IMG/VR virus record: IMGVR_UViG_3300043411_001575
Coordinates: 32,001 to 96,000 of that record
Origin: a virus
DNA length: 64,000 bases
Reading direction: 5' to 3' (one strand)
The notes beneath the pieces are model-generated. The model did no database searches, had not been told where the DNA came from, and saw nothing but the letters and a program-made list of their open reading frames with translations. Both the position numbers and the translations under genes were made by a program. This document shows, piece after piece, positions 9,948 through 19,214 of the stretch (the stretch's first letter is position 1; each line of letters starts with the position of its first letter).

Positions 9948-10433
9948 ATGGCAGTTCAAAAACATAAAGATATTGACATCGGTGACGTGGTTCTACATAA
10001 AGACAAGGAGTTCTTGGTTGAGTATGTTTGGAATAACGTAATAGGTCAATGGTATTTCGATTTAAAAGCTTTAACTCCTGTATTAGAGGGATTAGATATT
10101 TATGCCAATGAAGTTAGTGTACCTAGTTACGATTGTATTCTAGTTAAAAAGAAAGAGGTTGATGTTCTTTTGTTTGCATTCAAACTAAGTGACTTGAAGC
10201 TAGGTGAAAAATTTAAGTTTAAAGAAGGACAAAAAGCATTTTACTATACTAATGGAACACAATCTCAAGAACTTGAAACAGAGGAACACATTGAGTTTAT
10301 TGTACTAAAACGAAATCCTACATCTGTTAAATGTAAGATGACTTGTGGTAGAATAGAATATACATTCAAGTTTTCAGGTTATTTCTCAGGTTACATACCT
10401 GTTGAAGATAATTTAATTATAGCTAAAACTTAG
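9948..10433 (+). CDS. hypothetical protein
   Basis: ORF in operon. Confidence 0.7.
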   Translation: MAVQKHKDIDIGDVVLHKDKEFLVEYVWNNVIGQWYFDLKALTPVLEGLDIYANEVSVPSYDCILVKKKEVDVLLFAFKLSDLKLGEKFKFKEGQKAFYYTNGTQSQELETEEHIEFIVLKRNPTSVKCKMTCGRIEYTFKFSGYFSGYIPVEDNLIIAKT

Positions 10434-10436
10434 TTC

Positions 10437-10745
10437 ATGATTATTGAAAATAAAAAATATACTCAGAATTACGATGGTTCTCATTCAATTATGGTTTCCG
10501 TAGATGATGAATGGTGGTGCGGTAAGGATTTATATGAAACAATTTTAGATTTGGATAATCCTAATTGTAAAAATCAACACTTCATGCATCATGAAAATAA
10601 AATTGTAAAAAAACTACATGAAGAAGGAATTATATTCAAAACTGAACATACTACATGTTTAATGATTGGAGATAATAAAGATAAAATAAAAAAGTTTAAA
10701 GTAGAATTAAAAAGTATTATACTACCAATTTTAATAAGTGAATAA
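10437..10745 (+). CDS. hypothetical protein
   Basis: ORF in operon. Confidence 0.7.
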   Translation: MIIENKKYTQNYDGSHSIMVSVDDEWWCGKDLYETILDLDNPNCKNQHFMHHENKIVKKLHEEGIIFKTEHTTCLMIGDNKDKIKKFKVELKSIILPILISE

Positions 10746-11276
10746 ATGCAAGACATAAATGAATTATTAATTCATGATGACTCTGAACTTCAAAAAGATG
10801 ATTGGTTCTCATATGGATTAAAACAACAACAAAAAGAAAAAGAAATGGAAAACACAGAAAATCAAAACGAAGAAAACCAATTAGAAAATATGAATATCAT
10901 TGATTGGTTTAAAATTAAGGAAGATTACCCTCTTTCAGTTCAAGCTGTACAAGATTGGTTTACGGCTAGATATGACCTTGCTGATGCTGAAGTTATAATA
11001 GACCAATACTCAATACTAATAACAAATGGTGTTGGAGGAATGTACTTAAATATTCGTGATTTGTATGACTTCTTTGATGTATATAACGTAAGACCATTTG
11101 TTGTTCCTGAAGGAAATTTCCCGAATGTCAAATATATTATTCAGTCTAAAAAATCTATCATTGAATCAGAAGTTATATTTGAAGAACGAGCTGCTGCTGA
11201 GATAGCAATGTTCATTGAAACTTTTCAGTATATTGAGATTACTATCGAGCATCAAATGAAAACTCAAAAAACATAA
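10746..11276 (+). CDS. hypothetical protein (paralog of 266)
   Basis: LYDFFD...RAAAE motif. Confidence 0.7.
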   Translation: MQDINELLIHDDSELQKDDWFSYGLKQQQKEKEMENTENQNEENQLENMNIIDWFKIKEDYPLSVQAVQDWFTARYDLADAEVIIDQYSILITNGVGGMYLNIRDLYDFFDVYNVRPFVVPEGNFPNVKYIIQSKKSIIESEVIFEERAAAEIAMFIETFQYIEITIEHQMKTQKT

Positions 11277-11277
11277 A

Positions 11278-11520
11278 ATGGCTAAATTAAAAGGAAAAAA
11301 ATTAGAATTCATTAGCTTCATTAAGAGAGATGGTACAGGCACAATAATGTGCGGTACTGAATGGAATGAAAAAATGAATCATCCAAAGGTAGATGACATG
11401 AGCTACGTTGATGAAGAGGTTTTTAACATACGTGCGCTTTCTTTAAGCAAAGGAACTTTTATTGCAAGTAATTTCAATTGTTTTGTTGTTAAATTGAAAA
11501 ATAAAAATGCGAAAGTATAA
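11278..11520 (+). CDS. hypothetical protein
   Basis: ORF in operon. Confidence 0.65.
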   Translation: MAKLKGKKLEFISFIKRDGTGTIMCGTEWNEKMNHPKVDDMSYVDEEVFNIRALSLSKGTFIASNFNCFVVKLKNKNAKV

Positions 11521-11869
11521 GCCAAGCAACGGAACAGAAGGAGAATGGTTCATCGATAAGTATTGTATGAATTGTTTCCACTGTGACCCTGACCCAAGAG
11601 GAAAGAAGCAATGTATGCTTTTATGTGCCTCCATGTGTTATGATGTGAATGAACCTGAATATCCGAAGGAATGGATTTACGATGATGAAAATAAACCAAC
11701 ATGCACTAAATGGCAAAAATGGGATTGGGATACGGATGGTAATCCTGATGACCCTGATAATCCAAATGCTCCTCAACCTGAAGACCCTAATCAATTAGTT
11801 ATGCCATTTATTTTGGATGAGATTGAAATGAAAATAAATGAAAAAAAACATGAAAAAATTGAATGTTGA
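11507..11869 (+). CDS. Cys-rich hypothetical phage protein
   Basis: PSNGTEG...CxxC...C...PxCT pattern. Confidence 0.7.
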   Translation: MRKYKPSNGTEGEWFIDKYCMNCFHCDPDPRGKKQCMLLCASMCYDVNEPEYPKEWIYDDENKPTCTKWQKWDWDTDGNPDDPDNPNAPQPEDPNQLVMPFILDEIEMKINEKKHEKIEC

Positions 11870-12128
11870 TTATTACGATGTTAAAAACAAATTACCTATA
11901 ATTGGTGAAATTGTAAGCGTGTTTTTTGAAAATAAAGCGTATTCAGGTCATGGTATTTGGTTGAAAGGAATAAGAGTTTCTGATACCACTTTTAAATTAA
12001 ATGAATTAATTGTTAAAATTGATAAAACTGATAGAAGCGAATCAGGAATAGGAGTAACGCATTGGTCTTATTTAGAAGCTAATCATTTACCGAATTTATG
12101 TAGATTGCATAATGGTAATTGTTTTTAA
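11838..12128 (+). CDS. hypothetical protein, DUF551-like (VTHW)
   Basis: VKNKLP...GVTHW. Confidence 0.55.
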   Translation: MKKNMKKLNVDYYDVKNKLPIIGEIVSVFFENKAYSGHGIWLKGIRVSDTTFKLNELIVKIDKTDRSESGIGVTHWSYLEANHLPNLCRLHNGNCF

Positions 12129-12149
12129 AAAAATATAAAATCAAACAAA

Positions 12150-12344
12150 ATGACGAAAGCAGAAATGTTAGTCGCCTTGAAAAAAGGCAAAAAAGTTACG
12201 CATAAAAACTTCATGGATGATGAATACATGTACCTGAAAGATGGCATGATTGTATTCGAAGATGGTATATCTGTAACTGAAGAAGAATTTTGGATAGGTA
12301 GGAGAGATTATGATTGGCTCACAGATTGGGAGCTTTACAAATAA
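12150..12344 (+). CDS. hypothetical protein
   Basis: ORF, last of + operon. Confidence 0.65.
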   Translation: MTKAEMLVALKKGKKVTHKNFMDDEYMYLKDGMIVFEDGISVTEEEFWIGRRDYDWLTDWELYK

Positions 12345-12568
12345 TTTTTCCAAGCTTCAACAGCAACCTTTTTATATTTTATATTAAATGGATACTCATC
12401 AATTGGTAAATCAAGAAAGCCTCTATATATTTGTCCATGACCATGATTAGAATACATCGTGAAATCATATTCCTTTCCTGTTACAGTAGAAACATAAAAT
12501 TCAGGGTTACTCACTGAATGTTCTTCTTTACATATTAACCTATTGGTTAATTCTTCGTTAGTTAGCAT
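12335..12568 (-). CDS. hypothetical protein
   Basis: ORF overlapping upstream DUF4406 gene. Confidence 0.6.
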   Translation of the reverse strand: MLTNEELTNRLICKEEHSVSNPEFYVSTVTGKEYDFTMYSNHGHGQIYRGFLDLPIDEYPFNIKYKKVAVEAWKNYL

Positions 12569-12860
12569 CTACATCAAAGTAAATTGAAAAACCAAGCTCT
12601 TTGGCAAGCTCTAATTCTATCATAGCTCCTTTGCTTGTTTTGTAATTTGATAACATAAATATAGCATCACACTCCATCATAGCAATAATATCTTCCTTCA
12701 TATAGGATAGCCAAGTCTTATCATGGGCATGATTTAGCTTAATTGGATTAACAGGGATGTATCCTAATTTTATACATTTAGATTCTGCTTCATTAAATAG
12801 CCATTCGGCATCGCATAATTCTAAACCTGTTATTTTACCACTAATATAAATCTTTTTCAT
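12558..12860 (-). CDS. DUF4406 / nucleoside deoxyribosyltransferase-like protein
   Basis: IYISGKITG...PVNP...CDAIFML...SKGAMIE. Confidence 0.85.
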   Translation of the reverse strand: MKKIYISGKITGLELCDAEWLFNEAESKCIKLGYIPVNPIKLNHAHDKTWLSYMKEDIIAMMECDAIFMLSNYKTSKGAMIELELAKELGFSIYFDVDAN

Positions 12861-12892
12861 TCAATTAATTTTGTTATTTTACCGTTAAACCG

Positions 12893-12965
12893 TTGAGCGA
12901 CTAGGAATCGAACCTAGAGTCTCTTGAATCAAAATCAAGCGTGTTGCCTGTTACACTATCGCACA
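12893..12965 (-). tRNA. tRNA-Gln(UUG)
   Basis: Cloverleaf; anticodon arm CTTGA-TT TTG AT-TCAAG; GGTTCGATTCC. Confidence 0.9.
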
Positions 12966-13009
12966 ATAAATATTTTATTTTCAGAAAACAAATATACAAA
13001 AAAAATTAG

Positions 13010-13081
13010 TGTGAGTAACAGGAATTGAACCTGTGCGGACGGATTTTCAGTCCGTTGCTCTACCTGCTGAGCTATACCCAC
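13010..13081 (-). tRNA. tRNA-Phe(GAA)
   Basis: ACGGA-CT GAA AA-TCCGT; TAGCTCAG D arm. Confidence 0.93.
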
Positions 13082-13120
13082 ATAAGGCTTTTCAGCCTAT
13101 TGTTTGTTGTTAAATTATTA

Positions 13121-13864
13121 TTACCAATTACCCTTACCTGAATGATAATCATTTAATCTGTTTTTTCTTTTTCCGTTACCTATATTCTTTCCGCAATAAG
13201 TAGGAGTCTGAGCATGGCAGTTAGGGCATATGTTTCTTATATTAGAAACTTTGTCATTTTCAGAATCTCCATCTATGTGGTCTAATTGTAATGGTATTTT
13301 ATTTCCCATCCAATCATGTAAACCGCAAACCATGCACTTGTGACCATTTTTATCAATTAGATATAATTTAAGTATTTTATTCTTACTCGTTCCTGATATG
13401 TTACTTTTAAATGTTCCATCTTCTATTTTTTTGAAATTATATAGTTTCCTGTGATAATAACTACATTCACGAGAGCAAAATTTAGCCACATGGTTTTTTA
13501 ATTTTTTTCCACATATTATACAATTTAATTTTTCCCTCCACATTGGATGACTATTTCCTGACATCAAATATTTATTATTACATTCTCTTGAACACGATTT
13601 AAAATCTTTGTTTTTAGAACCAATAGCCTTCTCGTACTCTTTTCCACAATGACATATACAAATTACTCTTTCATACTTTCTTTTATTAATATTTGAATTA
13701 AAATGCTCTATACTTAAATTAAATTTATCTAACAGTTTTTTAATTTTTTTCATGTTAGCTCCGTTAATACTTAATTTTAAAGCTCTACATAAATCACTTT
13801 TTGAATTTGAATTAATTAATATTTTTTCAAATTCTTCTTTTGTTATACTTTTAAAGTCTAGCAT
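13121..13864 (-). CDS. HNH endonuclease with Zn-ribbon repeats
   Basis: LQLDHIDGD..N..N...CPNCH. Confidence 0.9.
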   Translation of the reverse strand: MLDFKSITKEEFEKILINSNSKSDLCRALKLSINGANMKKIKKLLDKFNLSIEHFNSNINKRKYERVICICHCGKEYEKAIGSKNKDFKSCSRECNNKYLMSGNSHPMWREKLNCIICGKKLKNHVAKFCSRECSYYHRKLYNFKKIEDGTFKSNISGTSKNKILKLYLIDKNGHKCMVCGLHDWMGNKIPLQLDHIDGDSENDKVSNIRNICPNCHAQTPTYCGKNIGNGKRKNRLNDYHSGKGNW

Positions 13865-13930
13865 TTGGATGTCGATTTAATGTAAAGTTACAAATAAAAT
13901 TAAATAAAACAAACGTCATCTTATACTAAG

Positions 13931-14002
13931 TCGAAAGTATCGGACTTGAACCGCTCCTGATTACCCCAAATAACCTATGCTACCAATTACAACATACTCT
14001 CG
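13931..14002 (-). tRNA. tRNA-Pro(UGG)
   Basis: GGTTA-TT TGG GG-TAATC; C1-G72, A73. Confidence 0.85.
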
Positions 14003-14041
14003 ATATTATTAAATAAAATTAAAGAACGAATTTTTGAACAT

Positions 14042-14069
14042 AAAAAAACCCTGATGATTAGTCAGGGTC
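14042..14069 (-). terminator. attenuator terminator of Pro/Phe/Gln tRNA operon
   Basis: Minus strand ACCCTGA-loop-TCAGGGT followed by T run. Confidence 0.85.
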
Positions 14070-14097
14070 TCTTATTGTTTGTTTGTGATATATTTTT

Positions 14098-14190
14098 TCA
14101 CCCACACGGACAATACGCTCCTGACAACTGCAATCTAAACTGCGGTTGTTGAGGAAAAAATTGTTGAGTGTATGTGTTTGTTATTTTCAT
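14098..14190 (-). CDS. leader peptide MKITNTYTQQFFPQQPQFRLQLSGAYCPCG
   Basis: 30-codon ORF between TACTTTG promoter (~14195) and terminator; Q/F/P run matches downstream tRNAs. Confidence 0.85.
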   Translation of the reverse strand: MKITNTYTQQFFPQQPQFRLQLSGAYCPCG

Positions 14191-14270
14191 GATGCAAAGT
14201 AACGAAATGTTTTTTAATCTACCAAATTTATTTTGAATTATTTTTAAAAATATTTTATTAACTTCGTGAA

Positions 14271-14768
14271 ATGATAGTAATGAAAGGTGTTTGCGAAGTT
14301 TGTAATGATGGAAAAGAAAAGCAATTAGCTAAGAAAAGACCTCCTTTGTGTGGTTATCATTACTCAATTGAACAGCGAAAAAAATCTGCTGAGAAAAACA
14401 AAGACAAGCCAAAGAAAGTTCAAAAGCAATTAAAACGTACTCCATTGTCTTATAAAAGAAAAGCTACAGGAGAGCTTGAACTTATGAAGAGTATTTGGGA
14501 TAACATGGAAGAACATAAATCTTTCATTAGCGGAAATCCAATTTATGAATTCAATGTAAGTTGCATGGCACATGTATTAGCAAAAGCAAAAAATAAGTAT
14601 CCTAAATTTAAATTGAATCCTGATAATATAAAATTACTCACATACGAAGAACACTTCAAATGGGATAATGCTCCACGCTCTGAGTTAATAAAACTTCCTG
14701 AGTGGGACAAAATGTTTAAGTTAGAAGAAGAACTAAAACAAGAATATAAATTATTGTTTGGATTATAA
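14271..14768 (+). CDS. HNH-like nuclease domain protein
   Basis: N-terminal CxxC/CxxH; AHVLAK...NPDNI.LL...EH pattern. Confidence 0.55.
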   Translation: MIVMKGVCEVCNDGKEKQLAKKRPPLCGYHYSIEQRKKSAEKNKDKPKKVQKQLKRTPLSYKRKATGELELMKSIWDNMEEHKSFISGNPIYEFNVSCMAHVLAKAKNKYPKFKLNPDNIKLLTYEEHFKWDNAPRSELIKLPEWDKMFKLEEELKQEYKLLFGL

Positions 14769-14769
14769 A

Positions 14770-15264
14770 TTAATGCTTATTGTTATGCTTTTCCCGATGA
14801 TGCTTTCTACACAACCAATTTACTGTTAAAGGCTCATTGTAATCTTCATGATGCGCAAATGTATTTATGCTATCACATCCTTCAGTCTCGCATATTCCAC
14901 GAATTAATTTACCTGTCTTAACTGCGTAATATACCTTTTTTCTTGCTCTTATCTTTTCAGGATACCTTTCGCATTGGATTTTTTTATAGTGGTAATTGTT
15001 ATTTGATATGCCATCCTTCCAATTAGGATTATTTTCACCATCAAATTTATATTTTTCATGTATTATTTTAGCACTTTTTTTACCGTTCTCTATTCTAAGC
15101 TTACTAATTTGTGCAGTTGTTCTTTTAATATTATTCCTCATCATTATCCTTTCAATACCCCAATGAGTCATATTGAATTTTTCAGCGAGTACTGAATTAG
15201 ATAAATGTAAATTATTTGAAATAAATTCAAGCATTTCATTTTTTTGTTCCTTTGTTTTTCTCAT
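14770..15264 (-). CDS. HNH-like endonuclease (start at 15264; the longer ORF call runs through tRNAs)
   Basis: NPNWKDG, C..C..AHHEDY...WLCRKHH; own TATATTTG promoter near 15290. Confidence 0.8.
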   Translation of the reverse strand: MRKTKEQKNEMLEFISNNLHLSNSVLAEKFNMTHWGIERIMMRNNIKRTTAQISKLRIENGKKSAKIIHEKYKFDGENNPNWKDGISNNNYHYKKIQCERYPEKIRARKKVYYAVKTGKLIRGICETEGCDSINTFAHHEDYNEPLTVNWLCRKHHREKHNNKH

Positions 15265-15306
15265 AATACAAATATACATAAATCTTAGTAGTTGTACAAT
15301 AAAAAG

Positions 15307-15387
15307 TATCCCTAGCAGAACTCGAATCTGCAAGTCAAAGACAATGGTTTTTAAGACCATCCTGTTTACCAATTTCAGCATAGGGAT
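15307..15387 (-). tRNA. tRNA-Leu(UAA)
   Basis: ATGGT-CT TAA AA-ACCAT; variable arm. Confidence 0.9.
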
Positions 15388-15393
15388 ATTTTG

Positions 15394-15475
15394 TACAGAT
15401 AGAGGTATTCGAAACCTCATGCATTTCTGCGTATGATTCTAAATCATGTGCGTCTTCCAATTCCGCCATATCTGC
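15394..15475 (-). tRNA. tRNA-Leu(UAG)
   Basis: ATGA-TT TAG AA-TCAT; TGGCGGAATTGG D arm; variable arm. Confidence 0.9.
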
Positions 15476-15491
15476 ATTTGTTTTTTTATTG

Positions 15492-15564
15492 TTGGAACAC
15501 TAGGAGTCGAACCTAGATTAGCGGTTTTACAGACCGAATTCTTACCCTTAGAAATGATGCTCCA
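15492..15564 (-). tRNA. tRNA-Tyr(GUA), short variable loop
   Basis: CGGT-CT GTA AA-ACCG; CTAGGTTCGACTCCTAG T arm. Confidence 0.8.
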
Positions 15565-15570
15565 ATTTTG

Positions 15571-15656
15571 CGGAAACAGCAGGACTTCAACCTGCACGGG
15601 CTTTTATACCCCTAGCGTTTTTCAAGAACGTGTACCTCTGTCAATTGGGTGCTTCC
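15571..15656 (-). tRNA. tRNA-Ser(UGA)
   Basis: CGTT-CT TGA AA-AACG; long variable arm; G73. Confidence 0.8.
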
Positions 15657-15685
15657 AAATTATTTTATTTCAATGAACTGTTTTG

Positions 15686-15769
15686 CGGAGAGCAGTGGTC
15701 GTGACCCACACTCGTTTAACCGAGCCGACAACTTAGCAGGTTGCGCCTACCCTGATAGGTTTACTCTCC
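15686..15769 (-). tRNA. tRNA-Ser(GCU)
   Basis: CAAC-CT GCT AA-GTTG; GGAGAG acceptor; long variable arm. Confidence 0.85.
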
Positions 15770-15774
15770 TTTTG

Positions 15775-15847
15775 GGTAATATATCGGGATTGAACCGATG
15801 ACCTCTCGAATCACAATCGAGCGTTCTACCACTGAACTAATATCACC
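15775..15847 (-). tRNA. tRNA-His(GUG)
   Basis: CTCGA-TT GTG AT-TCGAG; G-1:C73. Confidence 0.92.
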
Positions 15848-15881
15848 ATGTATCTTTTTAAAGAACGAATTAATATAAAAC

Positions 15882-15912
15882 AAAAAACCCCAAACTTTTC
15901 AGTTCAGGGTTC
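15882..15912 (-). terminator. attenuator terminator of His/Ser/Tyr/Leu tRNA operon
   Basis: Minus strand AACCCTGAAC-loop-GTTTGGGGTT plus T run. Confidence 0.85.
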
Positions 15913-15933
15913 TTATCATGTAAACAAATATGT

Positions 15934-16011
15934 TTAACTACAATAGAGATTTTCCTGAACCGATTGCTTCGGATACAGCGACAAATAACTATGTAATGAT
16001 GTATTTTTCAT
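15934..16011 (-). CDS. leader peptide MKNTSLHSYLSLYPKQSVQENLYCS
   Basis: 25-codon ORF after TAATTTG promoter (~16020); S/L/H/Y run matches downstream tRNAs. Confidence 0.85.
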   Translation of the reverse strand: MKNTSLHSYLSLYPKQSVQENLYCS

Positions 16012-16099
16012 AATGGATGCAAATTAAAGGATTATTTATTTATCCGCAAAATTTATTTTTAATAAAAATCATATTGAATTGAAAATGAGTGAAATAAAA

Positions 16100-16321
16100 T
16101 TATTCGATGCAAATTAATTCTACTTTTTTGACTTTATCCCAAATCTTACCGAATGCAGTAGGATTCAACCCAACTTTTGCAGTCCAATTTGTAGGGGCAA
16201 TCCATTTCTGTCCATCGTGTAAATTACCCACAGAAGCTACAGAAGTACCTCCTCCTGATTTTTTCTTCCAATAAATACGGTACAAACCACATCTTAATTC
16301 TTTAACGTCTTCTTTTTTCAT
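16100..16321 (-). CDS. hypothetical protein
   Basis: ORF in minus operon. Confidence 0.65.
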   Translation of the reverse strand: MKKEDVKELRCGLYRIYWKKKSGGGTSVASVGNLHDGQKWIAPTNWTAKVGLNPTAFGKIWDKVKKVELICIE

Positions 16322-16331
16322 CTTATTTTTT

Positions 16332-16652
16332 TTAATTTAAAATACGTCTAACTTCAGGAAAACATTTGTCTAATTTATTCTCCCATTCTACTGAGTAACG
16401 TGAATAATAGTCCATGTTTCTATTTACTCTTTCAATAGCCTGCTCTCTTGTGAAATTGTTACATATCATACAGAATTCAATGTGAGTTTCATGAGCATCT
16501 TTAGCTAATTTAAATTTGTCTTTCATTAAAACATCTTTGAAAAACCAATCCATAAACCAATCATATACGATTGGTAATTCTTTTGTTGGATTAGCATTCC
16601 ATTCTTTTAATTCCTTTAATGATTTTATTCTTTTTTTCATTTTATAATACAT
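16332..16652 (-). CDS. hypothetical protein
   Basis: ORF in minus operon. Confidence 0.65.
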   Translation of the reverse strand: MYYKMKKRIKSLKELKEWNANPTKELPIVYDWFMDWFFKDVLMKDKFKLAKDAHETHIEFCMICNNFTREQAIERVNRNMDYYSRYSVEWENKLDKCFPEVRRILN

Positions 16653-17235
16653 TTAATTCTGAATATTCTGTACCCCAATTTTCAATAGCAGCTTCATTAT
16701 ATGCTTTAGCAGCATCTTCTTCACTTAAAAAATAACCTAAATGCTTTTTCTTGTAGTCTAATTTTATTGACGCAGACCACTTGTTAGCGAACTTATTCCA
16801 ACTGACTCCTTTATAAATACTGCTTGGAACATTACCATTAGCGGTTCTTTGTTTTTTCTCTTTATAGTGAGCTTTTTGATGGCTTATTAATTCAAGATTA
16901 TCTCTTCTTAAATTTAATGGATTCCTGTCTTTATAATGAATTACCGTTTTACCTTCTGCTTCAAGTAATAATTTAGCAAAAGGAGCTACAATTCTTTTTC
17001 CTTCTTTTGAAATCCAAAGTGCCATTACTGCTTGTCTCTGTTCATCAAACCAAATATCTTGTTGCCTGAGAACTTCATAATCAAAATCATCAAACTGAAT
17101 ATTTTTTCCGCAAGTGGTTTTTACCCATCTGAATTGGTCTGCAAAAATACGCATTGCCTTTACCACATCTTCAGATGTAAAACTATTATTCTCTTTCCCA
17201 AATAAATCTTTTATAACCTGTATCTCTGTTTTCAT
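16642..17235 (-). CDS. HNH-AP2 domain protein
   Basis: Degenerate HNH (HYKDRNPLNLRRDNL) plus AP2 (SIYKGVSW...W.A.I...HLGYF..EEDAAKAYN). Confidence 0.88.
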   Translation of the reverse strand: MKTEIQVIKDLFGKENNSFTSEDVVKAMRIFADQFRWVKTTCGKNIQFDDFDYEVLRQQDIWFDEQRQAVMALWISKEGKRIVAPFAKLLLEAEGKTVIHYKDRNPLNLRRDNLELISHQKAHYKEKKQRTANGNVPSSIYKGVSWNKFANKWSASIKLDYKKKHLGYFLSEEDAAKAYNEAAIENWGTEYSELNVL

Positions 17236-17579
17236 CTAGCATAAATATATTTACCGCCATCCCAAAATCTTTCTGATTTATTTTTAATACCTAACCACTC
17301 CCTAAATGAAAGACCACTATCATCACTAAGGAATTCACGGTATCTTATTTGTGAACGAGTTAGTTTTTTAATTGGTGGCTTATGATTAAATGTTTCCAAG
17401 TATTGTACTTCCCATGTTGGATGGCAAGGCAAAGGCTCTGCGGTTACATTATCATAAAAATTAACTCCGATATAGTTTCCCATATCTTTTGTTATTACCC
17501 CTTTTTTACCATTAACAATTACCTCTCTGTGTATTTCAGCAGGAACATTATATCTGTTTTTTATGTATTCGAATTCCAC
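17232..17579 (-). CDS. hypothetical phage protein
   Basis: ORF; YNVPA..., CHPTW. Confidence 0.7.
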   Translation of the reverse strand: MEFEYIKNRYNVPAEIHREVIVNGKKGVITKDMGNYIGVNFYDNVTAEPLPCHPTWEVQYLETFNHKPPIKKLTRSQIRYREFLSDDSGLSFREWLGIKNKSERFWDGGKYIYAR

Positions 17580-17582
17580 TTT

Positions 17583-17858
17583 TTATTTCGTTTTAAAATC
17601 TTCGTATTCTCCAATATAACAAACTCCATATTCAAGATAATCACCATCCTTAGTAAATTCTTTTTCCATAAATCTAGCTTCTTTATAGGCACTATCTTCT
17701 GTTTCAAATAACTTACTCTTACCAAAGTACTTTTTAAGTTCCTTTTTACGCTTTACACTTCCTTCAGGAAAGAAATAAATATTATCTATGCATTGCGTAT
17801 AAATAACTCTATATCCATCAGGAAACTTAGCTATGTATATCCCATTGTCTGCACTCAT
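17583..17858 (-). CDS. hypothetical protein
   Basis: ORF in operon. Confidence 0.7.
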   Translation of the reverse strand: MSADNGIYIAKFPDGYRVIYTQCIDNIYFFPEGSVKRKKELKKYFGKSKLFETEDSAYKEARFMEKEFTKDGDYLEYGVCYIGEYEDFKTK

Positions 17859-18139
17859 TAATTTGTATTTTTATAAAACCAATATAAATCTCCATCAGGC
17901 TCTAAAATCCATTCGCCTAAATAATCTTTTGCGTTATCACAGGTTAAGGTTATTTTACTCATACTATCAATCTTCAAAGTTTTAGTATCCATAATAGTAG
18001 CAGCTCTTATTGTTAACTGCCCATGAATTTCCTTTACAACCACATCAGTACTTCCGATGTGGCTCTTTAGGTCTTTTGGTACACAAATGATAACAGTATT
18101 GTGCCTGTATGTAGTATCTACAATTTTAACTTGAAACAT
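17858..18139 (-). CDS. hypothetical protein
   Basis: ORF in operon. Confidence 0.7.
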   Translation of the reverse strand: MFQVKIVDTTYRHNTVIICVPKDLKSHIGSTDVVVKEIHGQLTIRAATIMDTKTLKIDSMSKITLTCDNAKDYLGEWILEPDGDLYWFYKNTN

Positions 18140-18141
18140 AA

Positions 18142-19194
18142 TTACTCTTCGTTATTGTAAAACACTTTGTAAAACTTCATTCCTTTTTCTTCATCAAAAC
18201 CTTTTTGAACTAGGTCATGTCTTCCATGAATGTAAAGATGAAAGTTCTTGTCTAATTTGATGATTCCTTTAAAATATTTCTCTTGTTTCTTTACCGCTGT
18301 TGCTGAAATTTCGAAGTCTTCAACATCATTTTTTACGTGATTAACTTCTTCACTAATTGTTCGGTATTCTTTGAAGCTATCAATTAATTCAGGTTGAGAT
18401 AAAACTTCTGCTTGAAACTCTTCTATGTTAAATCTATCCTTATCTTTAAAGTAGTTTAGTGACCTGTCTTTAATCAACATTTGGTCAACAGGCTCAACAT
18501 TGTTTTCTTGTGTTAAAACCTCTTCACAGAAATTATTAATTGTAGCTAACATGTTGTTTGTATGAAAGAATCTATCTTCACAAAGTTTTACCCCTAAGAA
18601 ATCTTCTGTCCAATATAAAGCTGCCTGAGCTATTTTATGACTATTATCAATGATGCTGATTTTATAACCATCTTCATTGTTAACATTGAATATCAAACAT
18701 CCCTTGTCAAGTTTATTGATGTTTATTCCATTCTCTGCTTCTACCTCAAAATTATCAAGGTTTTGATTTAATTTTAAGTATGTTTCTTTATTCTCCGACT
18801 TGAAGATTCCAATAGCATCACAAAGTTCTCCATCTACAACACAATCTCTGATATATGTCATAAAGAAATCACCACCTTTAATTTTAGGATGATTACTTTG
18901 GTCATAAAGACGTTGAGCAATCTTCTTAGAGTTTTCAAACATAGTTGATGGGTTATCAAACACATCTCGTACATACGATTGAACATCATAAATTTTAATC
19001 GCATCAGGCTTTCTGAATTGGAAATACACATCAGATTTAAAGGTATTCAGGAAGAAATGGTAAATAGTTTCCTTAACCCATTCATCGCCTATTTTATTAG
19101 GCATGTTTGCGAAGACAATCTCTTCTCCTAATCCTTTGTTACCAACGTAGTGTATTGCGATTTCGTTGGATTCACTTCTTTTAAATTCAATCAT
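18142..19194 (-). CDS. nucleoid-associated protein, YejK/NdpA family (Bacteroidota type)
   Basis: IHYVGNK, LY.QSNHPKIKGG, GIFKSENK, GININKLDKGCLIFN, YW.EDFL, IKLDKNFHLYIHG. Confidence 0.85.
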   Translation of the reverse strand: MIEFKRSESNEIAIHYVGNKGLGEEIVFANMPNKIGDEWVKETIYHFFLNTFKSDVYFQFRKPDAIKIYDVQSYVRDVFDNPSTMFENSKKIAQRLYDQSNHPKIKGGDFFMTYIRDCVVDGELCDAIGIFKSENKETYLKLNQNLDNFEVEAENGININKLDKGCLIFNVNNEDGYKISIIDNSHKIAQAALYWTEDFLGVKLCEDRFFHTNNMLATINNFCEEVLTQENNVEPVDQMLIKDRSLNYFKDKDRFNIEEFQAEVLSQPELIDSFKEYRTISEEVNHVKNDVEDFEISATAVKKQEKYFKGIIKLDKNFHLYIHGRHDLVQKGFDEEKGMKFYKVFYNNEE

Positions 19195-19214
19195 TTTTTT
19201 CTGTTTTTTAATTA

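Noticed and set aside
15173-15676. + strand ORFs 15173-15436 and 15446-15676, and the 5' extension of ORF 14770 to 15420
   Set aside because: They overlap or are antisense to clear tRNA genes
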